From a virus (taxonomy: Duplodnaviria > Caudoviricetes), in IMG/VR virus record IMGVR_UViG_3300030107_003910, positions 1-31,629 of that record: a DNA stretch of 31,629 nt; one strand, given 5' to 3'. The stretch's first letter is position 1. Every line of letters starts with the position of its first letter. Shown piece by piece: positions 23,261-31,629 of the stretch. Under the pieces are notes generated by a model that did not search any database, was not told the DNA's origin, and was given only the letters and a program-made list of their open reading frames with translations. A program made the translations under genes and the position numbers.

Positions 23261-26200
23261 ATGGCGAGGACTATACCTGGTACTGGTGCTTCTATCAAAC
23301 CATTATTTAATGAAGTATTTGGGGTTAGAGCAGTTGAAGTTTTGGAAGGAGGGAAGGATTATACTTCTGCGGATCCACCAAGACTAACTGTTACTGGTTG
23401 TGGCACACCAGACGAAGAAGCAATACTTTATCCTATCATTGACGATGCGTCAGGTAGGATTGTTCATGTACGAGTATTAAGTAAAGGGAGGGGATATGAT
23501 CCACTCAGAGTCAATATTTTACCGACGAGTGATACGCCAAACGTTGTTACGTCATTTGACATTAAGAGAATATGGCAGAGCAATCCTCAGTCAACGACAA
23601 CAGGAACGTTTGCAACAACAACAGACAGACTAACAATTGTTTCGGATAATCATCCAAAACCTTCTGATGTATCTGGAGAAAGAGCACCAGGTGGTGGACC
23701 GTTAGTTGATAGGAATTTTAATCAAGCATTTATATACAGGGGTGGTAAAGATGTACCTGCTTCTGAGCCAAGACCAGACCAGAAGAATAAGGTCTTAGGT
23801 CTTTTAGCAAATGGAGTACAACTCCACACTCCTGAATGGGGTCAAGGTCATTCTGATGTACCTATAGGATTCAGTCTTGACACAGTAAGATCAAGTTTCA
23901 TTAAATCTAATGATGCTTATGATGGTGTAGTTGATAGTAATGTATATCATTACCAGTCAAGTAAGTTAATTAACCATCTAGCACTAAAGAATGGTACATT
24001 ACAGAATGGTCTCCAAAGAGTATTCACTTGGAATATAAAAGTAGAATTTGACAACTTAATGATTCCTGTTGGTAATGTCTCTGAGACAATGGGATCAGTA
24101 GAAGTTGGTAGACAAATAGAATTAGTTGGTGGTAGTGCAACATGTGAAGTTGCAAAGATTGTTAGAAATGGTTCTGGTATTGTCCAGAGAGTATATGTAA
24201 GATTGGTAGCAGGTACATTCTCTAATGGAGATAATCTGTTAGGTGCAAATGGTTTCACAATGACCATTAATAATGACCCTACCACATTCCCTAACGGTCT
24301 TTTCTATATTAATTTCGGACCTGATGCAGCAGATTTTGGTAATTTTGATGTTAATGGATGGTATCTTTCTCCTGAAGATATTAAAGTCCAATCAAATTAT
24401 CTAATTAAGTGGAATCAATCTGATGCAAGTAATGGTATTACTGGTACTCATCCTCATGGTCATCCAATGCAATTCAGTACCACACAAGATGGTCTACTGA
24501 ATGGTGGCACACTATACACAAATAGTACTGGTGCTGGTGGTGGATGGTCTACTGACTATGAGAATGAATTCCAACCACTCTTCTTAATGAATGCTGATGA
24601 GAGTAATCGCATTTATTATTACTGTAAGTATCACAGATACATGTCTGGATACGCTGGAGATGAAGGTTATATAACCTTTGATAATACTCCAGACAACGAT
24701 CCTCTCCCAAACAATTATTACATTACTGACTTCTATGCAACTGGACCTGATTATGCCAGACATGCAGACGGTCACTCTAAGATATTGGGTATGTCCTATG
24801 ATGGATATCCAATCTACGGTCCTTATGGATATAATGCAGCAGGTTCTGTTGTTAGACAGGTATCAGGATATCGATTAAAGACAGGTGTTGAGATTGATGG
24901 TACTAGACCTGCTGTTGTTACAGCATCTTCAGTAACACAAACTATTACCGTATCTAATGGTAAATTCTATGTTGGTGGTAGTGAAGTACAATTCTTAAAT
25001 CTTTTCAGAGGTAAGACATACGTTTTCAACCAGGATCATTCTACTAATGATAGTAACTTCCTGTTGTTAAGCACACAAGAAAATGGTTGGCAAGCATCTG
25101 GTACAGCTAATGGTGATACTTCAGTTTTATATCAAGATGCTGTTGTATATAAATTAGAAGGTGTTGTTAAGACATACACAGAATATATTTCAGGATTTAA
25201 TGCTGCAACCTCCAGAACTTTAACGTTTACTCCCAGAACAGACGCACCTAGACTACTCTATACATTCTCATATTCAACATCTGATATGGGATTCAGATTA
25301 GTCCAAGATGGTTATCTAATGGGTGACCTAACTCAAGACTATATCTACGATTCTGCTGTTTCTGGTGCAACTCTTGACAAGTATAATGGTAGATTTGCTA
25401 CTACTCCTGAGTATCCAAATGGCACCTATGCATACTTTATGGCAGAGGATGGATCAGGTAACCCAGTTTATCCTTATGTAATTGGACCTCAGTATAGAGG
25501 AGTACCTTTATTTGAAGGTGATACATTACCAGCATTACCTACAGAGTTTCCTAGTGGTGCAGAAGGTGAAGTTGTATTGGGTACAGGTTCTGATGCTGGT
25601 AAAGTCTCCTATATTAAGATGGAGAAATTTGGTGATGGTTACTTTGGTACAGCAGAAGCAAAGATTTTAGGTGGTGGAGGTACTGGTGCTTTAGCAACTC
25701 CTACTGTCCAAACTGTTACAGGTCTTGCACTATTGAATCCAGGTAGAAGTTTTGCTACTCCTCCTACTCTAATTGTTGAAGGTGGTGGTGGACAAAACGC
25801 TAAAGGTGCTGCAAAGATTGATATTACTGGTAAGGTTACATCTATCAGTGTTGTAAATGAGGGTGAATTCTATCAAGAACCACCTTATGTTTTAATTAGT
25901 GGTGGTGGCGGTATTGGTGCTAGAGCAGAAGCAGTTATATCTCAAGGTAAGATTACTGCTATTAATGTAACAGAGCAAGGTCAAGGATTTACTTCTACTC
26001 CTAATGTTATCTTTACTAAGTTAGTTAACCTTAAGAGAAAGACTGCTGCTAGACAGTCACTTAACTCTACAGCATTCTATCTAACTGGACTACTAGCAAA
26101 TATGACTGCTAGTCAGACTGAGATATATGTTGATTCTACAGATGCATATCCAGGATCAGGTAAGTTAATAATTAACAATGAGACAGTTTCATACTCTTCC

Positions 26201-27409
26201 AAATCAAGAGAGAAGTTTAGTAATGTAACAAGAGGTCTTAATTTCAACTATGACCAACGTGTTATTCTTGATAGTGGACAGAATCTATCTGATGGCACTT
26301 CAAACTATAAGTTTAACGTTGGAGACAGAGTAATTAGAAGGGTTGAAAATGCCCAAAACAAGATAGCAAAAGTATATGATTGGAATGCTCAGACAAGAGA
26401 ATTGCTTGTAGCATTTGAAGTTGATGAATTAGCATTCATTGATGGTGGTATTCCATCTACTGAAGATGCAATTGTACAGTTTGATGCTGGTGTTGCTGAT
26501 TCTGCCAACTCCTCATTCCAACCACATGTATTATTAAATTCAACTGGCGATGTTATTACTACATTGACAGTACCAATTGCATCAATACAGAATAAGAAAT
26601 TTGAAGATGATGATGAAAACTCTGGTGCAGGAGACGGTATTCCAGATCTTGTAAATACAGGTACAGATTTTGAAAACCAGATTAGTCTGGATGGTGGTAT
26701 ATTCAACTCTTTATATGGTATCGAGGAAACACAGGGTGGCACAAACACAACTCTATTCCAAGCAGGTGACAGTATTAAGGATGCTGACATACCATTCAAG
26801 TATGCAACTATTACCTCTGCTGGTGCATTGAATGAAGGTGTGCCACATTCAGCATTGATGGAAATTACTATTGATGCTAACGATGGTAATGGTAACAATT
26901 ATGCAGTTAATGAAGTAGTAACTGGTGATGTATCTGGGGTTAAAGGCACTGTAGTATCTTGGAACCCAAGCACAGGTAAATTGCAAGTTGGAGATATAAT
27001 TCCATTTAATACTGGTAACGTCAATGTTGGTGTTGCTGGTTACTTGTATAAATTCTCTGATACAGGAACTATTGTAGATTTCAATATACAGAATTCTGGT
27101 ACTAACTACAGTGCAGCACCAGCAGTAACAGTTGAAACAATTGGTGATATACAGGCAACAGGCACAGCAGTATTAACTGCTGCTGGAGACCAAGTTGCAT
27201 CTATAACTATCACTAATGGTGGTTATGGATATAAACAGACTGTAGACAACACATATAATATTCACCCAACAGTAACAATTGCTGCCCCTACAAGTGGCAC
27301 AACAGCAGTTGCACAGGCAATTCTAGGTGGTGAAAAACTGGTCGGAAACGGTGGTGCTTCTTATAGAATTAAGAGCATCGAGTTCCAAACAATAGCAAGG
27401 ACTCAGTAA
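23261..27409 (+). CDS. Virion structural protein (1,382 aa) with split YHYH-like domain, cupredoxin-like inserts and Gly-rich GxGY repeats
   Basis: Long ORF with the same codon bias as its neighbours; the ATG follows TAATAA of the upstream gene. Motifs LGLLANGV, VYHYQ, HSKILGMSYDGYPIYGPYGY and LDKYNGRFATTPEYPNGTYAYF...YPYVIG are YHYH-family-like. It also contains GHPMQF...IYYYCKYHRYM and shares modules with the gp7-like protein. Confidence 0.8.
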   Translation: MARTIPGTGASIKPLFNEVFGVRAVEVLEGGKDYTSADPPRLTVTGCGTPDEEAILYPIIDDASGRIVHVRVLSKGRGYDPLRVNILPTSDTPNVVTSFDIKRIWQSNPQSTTTGTFATTTDRLTIVSDNHPKPSDVSGERAPGGGPLVDRNFNQAFIYRGGKDVPASEPRPDQKNKVLGLLANGVQLHTPEWGQGHSDVPIGFSLDTVRSSFIKSNDAYDGVVDSNVYHYQSSKLINHLALKNGTLQNGLQRVFTWNIKVEFDNLMIPVGNVSETMGSVEVGRQIELVGGSATCEVAKIVRNGSGIVQRVYVRLVAGTFSNGDNLLGANGFTMTINNDPTTFPNGLFYINFGPDAADFGNFDVNGWYLSPEDIKVQSNYLIKWNQSDASNGITGTHPHGHPMQFSTTQDGLLNGGTLYTNSTGAGGGWSTDYENEFQPLFLMNADESNRIYYYCKYHRYMSGYAGDEGYITFDNTPDNDPLPNNYYITDFYATGPDYARHADGHSKILGMSYDGYPIYGPYGYNAAGSVVRQVSGYRLKTGVEIDGTRPAVVTASSVTQTITVSNGKFYVGGSEVQFLNLFRGKTYVFNQDHSTNDSNFLLLSTQENGWQASGTANGDTSVLYQDAVVYKLEGVVKTYTEYISGFNAATSRTLTFTPRTDAPRLLYTFSYSTSDMGFRLVQDGYLMGDLTQDYIYDSAVSGATLDKYNGRFATTPEYPNGTYAYFMAEDGSGNPVYPYVIGPQYRGVPLFEGDTLPALPTEFPSGAEGEVVLGTGSDAGKVSYIKMEKFGDGYFGTAEAKILGGGGTGALATPTVQTVTGLALLNPGRSFATPPTLIVEGGGGQNAKGAAKIDITGKVTSISVVNEGEFYQEPPYVLISGGGGIGARAEAVISQGKITAINVTEQGQGFTSTPNVIFTKLVNLKRKTAARQSLNSTAFYLTGLLANMTASQTEIYVDSTDAYPGSGKLIINNETVSYSSKSREKFSNVTRGLNFNYDQRVILDSGQNLSDGTSNYKFNVGDRVIRRVENAQNKIAKVYDWNAQTRELLVAFEVDELAFIDGGIPSTEDAIVQFDAGVADSANSSFQPHVLLNSTGDVITTLTVPIASIQNKKFEDDDENSGAGDGIPDLVNTGTDFENQISLDGGIFNSLYGIEETQGGTNTTLFQAGDSIKDADIPFKYATITSAGALNEGVPHSALMEITIDANDGNGNNYAVNEVVTGDVSGVKGTVVSWNPSTGKLQVGDIIPFNTGNVNVGVAGYLYKFSDTGTIVDFNIQNSGTNYSAAPAVTVETIGDIQATGTAVLTAAGDQVASITITNGGYGYKQTVDNTYNIHPTVTIAAPTSGTTAVAQAILGGEKLVGNGGASYRIKSIEFQTIARTQ
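24300..24680 (+). other. Cupredoxin-like domain with complete type-1 copper ligand set, inserted in the YHYH-like domain
   Basis: His at 24461 (GHPMQF), then Cys 24623, His 24632 and Met 24641 (YYYCKYHRYM). Confidence 0.7.
25598..26014 (+). repeat. Four Gly-rich GxGY/F repeats in the 1,382-aa protein
   Basis: GKVSYIKMEKFGDGY..., TVTGLALLNPGRSF..., GKVTSISVVNEGEFY..., GKITAINVTEQGQGF..., separated by GGGG linkers. Same family as 1783-2484. Confidence 0.75.
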
Positions 27410-27414
27410 CCTTG

Positions 27415-27421
27415 ATAAATA
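27415..27421 (+). promoter_or_regulatory. T4-like late promoter ATAAATA upstream of gp8
   Basis: Sequence ttgATAAATAgac in the 41-nt intergenic gap, 29 nt upstream of the gp8 ATG at 27451. Confidence 0.72.
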
Positions 27422-27450
27422 GACAAAGGACATTAAGTACCTATAGTTAA

Positions 27451-28983
27451 ATGGCAGCGTTATTAACAGATCAATTTAGAATCTTTTCTGCTCAAAAATT
27501 CATTAAAGCACTCGAAGGTCCAATATCGACACAGAGTGACGCAGATGCAGGAGCAACGAGAGACAGGGTTTATATCTTTATAGGTAGACCTCAAGCTTGG
27601 GATGATGAAAACTCACCTCCGCAAGCAGTAGACTCCTTCTTGGAATTTTCATCATCCTATGATGATATGATTTCACTGAAACGTGTATTAGCTGCCGACA
27701 CGGTTCAAGTGGTACGTCGTATCGACTGGGTAAGTCCTGAGCAAACTACTGGTGGTCTAGGTTTTACCTATGACATGTATCGTCACGATTACTCACCAAG
27801 TAAAACAGCATCTTCTGGTGCTACAAAATTATACGATTCTGATTTTTACGTTGTAAACAGTCAGTATCAGGTCTATAAGTGCATATATAACGGTACAAGT
27901 CCTTCAGACCCAAATGGTAAACCTTCAACAGTTGAGCCAACAGGCACTTCAACAAGTATTATCACTACCTCCGATAGCTATCGCTGGAAGTATCTTTATA
28001 CTATTCCTGTTGCTAGTGTCCTAAAGTTCTTCTCTAATGACTATATGCCCGTATTCGTTAATGATGCGGTGAAGACAAATGCTGTGGCTGGTGAAATAGA
28101 CACAGTTGTGATAAACTCAGCTGGGTCAGGATATAACAATGGAACCTATGACAATGTTGCTATTAACGGCGATGGGACTGGTGGTCGTGTCTCAATTGTC
28201 GTCGATGGTGGTCGCATTATTTCTGCTACTGTTACTTCTGGTGGTACTGGCTATACCTTTGGTAAAATTAGTATTGACAATATTACAGGTATTGGTACTG
28301 GTACTGGCGGTCAGGTGGATGTTATTATTCCTCCTCCTGGTGGTCATGGATACGATCCAGTGGTTGAAATGGGAGCCTTCAGAGTAATGATTAACGCCAA
28401 ACTCTCCTATGATGAGGGTGCTGGTGACTTCCCTGTAGATAATGACTATCGTCGAATTGGTCTTATCACTAACCCATTAAAATTCGGCACAACTGAATTA
28501 CTTGCTGACTTAACAGTCTCAGCAGCTAAGGCAGTTATTTTCTCACCTACATTCCAAGGTAACTACGTCCCCGATGAAATCATCACTCAGACCAGAGTGG
28601 TAGGAGGTACTAACGTTACGGCTCGTGGTAGAGTCATTTCATGGAATGCAACTACAAAGCTTTTGAAATATTATCAGAATGCTGTAGACGGTATCTTCCC
28701 TGAAGTTACTGGTACTCTTAATGAGTTTGATGGTTCTAATGTAATTAGCGGTGCGACTTCTGGTGCAGCAGGTGCTCCTGATGTTAACTTCCCAGCCGTC
28801 CCTAATTCCTCCTCACGTACCATTAATAATACTGAATATGATTTGGGTATGAAATTTAATAACGGTTATGCAAAACCCGAAATTAAATCAAATGATGGTC
28901 AAATTATTTACATAGATAATAGGAGATCCATTAGTCGTGCAAACGACCAAATCGAAGACATCAAAATCGTAATAGAATTCTAA
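27451..28983 (+). CDS. gp8: Baseplate wedge subunit gp8
   Basis: MAALLTDQFRIFSAQKFI...VYIFIGRPQAW...DDMISLKRV...VVRRIDW...FYVVNSQYQVYKCIYNG...YRWKYLYTIP...DYRRIGLITNP...GQIIYIDNRRSISRANDQIEDIKIVIEF is the characteristic T4-like gp8 motif series, and the gene position fits. Confidence 0.92.
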   Translation: MAALLTDQFRIFSAQKFIKALEGPISTQSDADAGATRDRVYIFIGRPQAWDDENSPPQAVDSFLEFSSSYDDMISLKRVLAADTVQVVRRIDWVSPEQTTGGLGFTYDMYRHDYSPSKTASSGATKLYDSDFYVVNSQYQVYKCIYNGTSPSDPNGKPSTVEPTGTSTSIITTSDSYRWKYLYTIPVASVLKFFSNDYMPVFVNDAVKTNAVAGEIDTVVINSAGSGYNNGTYDNVAINGDGTGGRVSIVVDGGRIISATVTSGGTGYTFGKISIDNITGIGTGTGGQVDVIIPPPGGHGYDPVVEMGAFRVMINAKLSYDEGAGDFPVDNDYRRIGLITNPLKFGTTELLADLTVSAAKAVIFSPTFQGNYVPDEIITQTRVVGGTNVTARGRVISWNATTKLLKYYQNAVDGIFPEVTGTLNEFDGSNVISGATSGAAGAPDVNFPAVPNSSSRTINNTEYDLGMKFNNGYAKPEIKSNDGQIIYIDNRRSISRANDQIEDIKIVIEF

Positions 28984-28984
28984 G

Positions 28985-31629
28985 ATGGCACAAAATACCA
29001 ATCTAAACGTCACTCCGTATTATGACGACTTTGATAAAAGTAAAAACTTTTATCGAGTATTATACCGTCCTGGATTTCCTATACAGGCTAGAGAGTTAAC
29101 GACCAGTCAGTCTATCTTACAAAATCAGGTAGAAAACATTGGTGGTCATCTCTTCAAAGATGGTGCAATGGTTATACCAGGTCAAATTGGTTATGACCTG
29201 AATGTTGATTGTATAATGTTGCAGGAGAGTTTCTTAGGAGCAGAGGTTGAGAATTATAGATCACAATTAAATGGTTTAATTATAGAAGGTCTAACATCTG
29301 GTGTTAGAGCAAAAGTATTATATAGTATTTCAGCTACCGATTCAGACAAAGGATATATCACTATCTACGTTAAGTATATCGAATCAGGTGGTACAAAAAA
29401 TGACCAAGGAACATTCTCAAATAATGAGCAGTTAATAACAGAGAAGGAAATTACATTTGGTACCACTCTAATTGAGATTGGATCACCATTTGCACAATTA
29501 CTTCCTACTGCTGCATTACAAACTGGTAGTGTTGCTTACGTCCAAACAGGTGTCTACTTCATTCGTGGTTTCTTTGTAGACGTACCTTATCAGTATATTT
29601 TATTAGATCAATATGGAAACACCCCATCCTATCGAGTCGGACTTGACATCCAAGAGTCTATCATCACCCCAGAAGATGACTTATCCCTTAATGATAACGC
29701 AGCTGGCACATCTAACTATGCTGCTCCTGGTGCTCACAGGTTCCGAATAACCACAAAATTAAATAAGAAGCTTCTAACAGACGACGCAGATAAAGATTTC
29801 ATCGAGTTGCTGAGAATCAACGGGTCAAAGGTTGAAAAGATTGTTGACCGTTCAGCCTATGATGAGCTAGAGAAGTCACTAGCATTGAGGACATACGAAG
29901 AGTCAGGAGACTATGTTGTCTCTGACTTCCAGATCACTATGAGAGAAAACCTCTCTGATGGTTTCAATAATGGTGTCTATACTGCTGGTCAAACTACCTC
30001 TGGTGGTGCAACTGCTGCTGAGAATCTATATTCAGTAGAGTTATCTCCAGGTCTTGCTTATGTTAGAGGATATAGAATTAAGACTTTATCACCAACCTAT
30101 GTTGACTTAGAAAAACCAAGGGATACAGATAACGTCGAAAACAAAATTGTACCATTTGAATTAGGTAACTGGGCTAGAGTTAATAACATCTATGGTTTCC
30201 CTAATCTAACTGGTTCTACTGTTACTAATAGCTATCAAGTTATAGAGTTAAGAGACACATACAGTGGTACTCCTGGTGACCAGCAAGGTAACCTTATTGG
30301 ATATGCTCGTACTGCTGCTATTGAGCACATAGAAGATCCTGATAATACTTTTGGTAATGCTGATGACAAGTATAAGTTAAACGTCTTCGATGTACAGATG
30401 TTTACTTTAGTCACTCTCTCATCTGCTAAGTCAGTTGACCAAGGGTCAATACTTGTAGGTGGAACATCTGGTGCAAGAGGATTCATTGTTAATACAGTAT
30501 CATCTAATGATGACTGGATATTATATCAAGTAGAAGGTGAGTTTATAAAGGGTGAGATGCTTCAACTAAACGGTGAAGCAGTTGATACTATTGCTGATGT
30601 ACATCCTTACAAATTCTCTGATACTCGTCAAGTACTTACAAGAGATGAGAGCTCAAGTGCAGTTGAATTTACTGCTGACTTAATTCTCGAAGATATTATA
30701 AGACTAGAAGGTGACTCATTCACCTATGATGCTACTGGTGGTTCTGAAAAGATTACTGGTTTAAACTCAAACTTTGCCATTGACTTACGTCCTGGTGATA
30801 GAGTTTACTTTAGTTCAACTAAGTATGTTGATATTGATAAGGTAACTCCAGGTAGTTTGAATACTACTGGTATGGCAAGCATCTTTAACTATGCTGCACA
30901 GACTGCTAATGTAACTCCTGGTGCTGGTGGTGCTGCTCCTACTGCTGGAGAATATACAGTATTGGTTAGATACCGTGGTAGATTACAAGGTCTTGATAAT
31001 GCTGACCTATTCAGTCCAATGCCTAAGAAATACATTAAGAGTATTTCTGATGAATCATCTATTGTTAGAAGGACATTTGATGCACAAACAGTTGCTTCAA
31101 ACTCTGTTTCTATAACTCTACCTGAGAATGAGCAGTTTGTTGCACTCGACCAAGAGCATTATAATATTACTGTATTGGCAAGTAGTACGTCTTCCCTTGT
31201 AGGTGACCCACTTGCTATTAATACGACTACAAGTGGTGCTATAGCATATTGCACATTTACTACATCTGATAGGACTACCCTACAGATTGACAACCTAACA
31301 AATATTACTTCTGTTAAAGTTACTGCTACAATCTCTAAGAACGTAACTACTAAGAAGACAAAATCACAGAAAGAGATGTTTGTCTTGAAATGCAACAAGA
31401 CAATCAGGTCTCTCGATAAGCCTCAGTATGGTTTAACATTCTCCACACTATATGGCACAAGAATTCAGGATAAGGATCTTTCATTAGGTCTAGTTGATTG
31501 CTACAGATTACATGCTGTATATGAATCACTAGATGATAATGATGCTGTTGTCCCAAGTGTAACTATAGTTGAGCCAGTATTCTTTGCTACTAACACTATT
31601 GTTACAGGTAGGACTTCCCAAGCAAGAGC
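28985..31629 (+). CDS. DUF4815 / VrlC-like large virion (baseplate) structural protein, 3'-truncated
   Basis: Absent from the ORF track because it runs off the window end. The ATG at 28985 is 1 nt after the gp8 stop (TAAGATG). Translation MAQNTNLNVTPYYDDFDKSKNFYRVLYRPGFPIQARELTTSQSILQNQVE...GVYFIRGFFVDV...NYAAPGAHRFRI...RTYEESGDYVV...GLAYVRGYRI is the typical DUF4815/VrlC N-terminal signature that follows gp8 in T4-like cyanophages. The frame was open at every position checked up to the window end. Confidence 0.88.
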   Translation, partial: MAQNTNLNVTPYYDDFDKSKNFYRVLYRPGFPIQARELTTSQSILQNQVENIGGHLFKDGAMVIPGQIGYDLNVDCIMLQESFLGAEVENYRSQLNGLIIEGLTSGVRAKVLYSISATDSDKGYITIYVKYIESGGTKNDQGTFSNNEQLITEKEITFGTTLIEIGSPFAQLLPTAALQTGSVAYVQTGVYFIRGFFVDVPYQYILLDQYGNTPSYRVGLDIQESIITPEDDLSLNDNAAGTSNYAAPGAHRFRITTKLNKKLLTDDADKDFIELLRINGSKVEKIVDRSAYDELEKSLALRTYEESGDYVVSDFQITMRENLSDGFNNGVYTAGQTTSGGATAAENLYSVELSPGLAYVRGYRIKTLSPTYVDLEKPRDTDNVENKIVPFELGNWARVNNIYGFPNLTGSTVTNSYQVIELRDTYSGTPGDQQGNLIGYARTAAIEHIEDPDNTFGNADDKYKLNVFDVQMFTLVTLSSAKSVDQGSILVGGTSGARGFIVNTVSSNDDWILYQVEGEFIKGEMLQLNGEAVDTIADVHPYKFSDTRQVLTRDESSSAVEFTADLILEDIIRLEGDSFTYDATGGSEKITGLNSNFAIDLRPGDRVYFSSTKYVDIDKVTPGSLNTTGMASIFNYAAQTANVTPGAGGAAPTAGEYTVLVRYRGRLQGLDNADLFSPMPKKYIKSISDESSIVRRTFDAQTVASNSVSITLPENEQFVALDQEHYNITVLASSTSSLVGDPLAINTTTSGAIAYCTFTTSDRTTLQIDNLTNITSVKVTATISKNVTTKKTKSQKEMFVLKCNKTIRSLDKPQYGLTFSTLYGTRIQDKDLSLGLVDCYRLHAVYESLDDNDAVVPSVTIVEPVFFATNTIVTGRTSQAR

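Noticed and set aside
23257-23263. ATAAATG as a third late promoter
   Set aside because: It mismatches the final A of ATAAATA and overlaps the start codon. It is better explained as a stop-stop-start junction (TAA TAA ATG).
22009-28984. Rho-independent terminators, tRNAs or ncRNAs in intergenic gaps
   Set aside because: The gaps are only 22, 3, 41 and 1 nt, with no GC-rich hairpin plus U-tract or cloverleaf.
2200-31398. Numerous 60-170 aa minus-strand and alternate-frame ORFs in the ORF track
   Set aside because: All lie within or almost entirely within long + strand genes, have no recognisable motifs, and are the expected shadow of strong codon bias. The mutually similar antisense ORFs at 12855, 13308, 14142, 14841 and 16290 simply mirror the nested repeat.
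28985-31629. Virulence function implied by the VrlC name
   Set aside because: The name is historical. Position after gp8 in a late operon indicates a virion structural protein, and nothing in the sequence supports a virulence role.

Overview
The window is a single + strand late structural operon of a T4-like marine myovirus, most likely a cyanophage. The evidence is the gp7 and gp8 baseplate motifs, a gp9/gp10-type N-terminus, a DUF4815/VrlC-type protein, ATAAATA late-promoter motifs and AT-rich third codon positions. Five tightly packed genes fill the window: (1) a giant gp7-like baseplate wedge protein, open from base 1 and so 5'-truncated (>7,300 aa; the ORF-track start at 412 is not the real start); (2) a 408-aa gp9/gp10-type fibre ending in a cupredoxin-like domain; (3) a 1,382-aa YHYH/cupredoxin structural protein; (4) gp8; (5) a 3'-truncated DUF4815/VrlC-like protein missing from the ORF track. 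Two features inside the giant protein stand out. First, eighteen copies of a ~104-aa domain are inserted into each other's loops rather than arranged in tandem, and they parse as balanced brackets into trees up to six levels deep. Second, those trees sit inside helical domains that resemble phycobiliprotein (phycocyanin/allophycocyanin) subunits and keep cysteines at positions equivalent to both bilin-attachment sites. Neighbouring genes carry intact type-1 copper motifs, which raises the untested hypothesis of a cofactor-decorated (bilin/Cu/Ca) virion baseplate. All family assignments come from motif recognition by eye; no searches were run.
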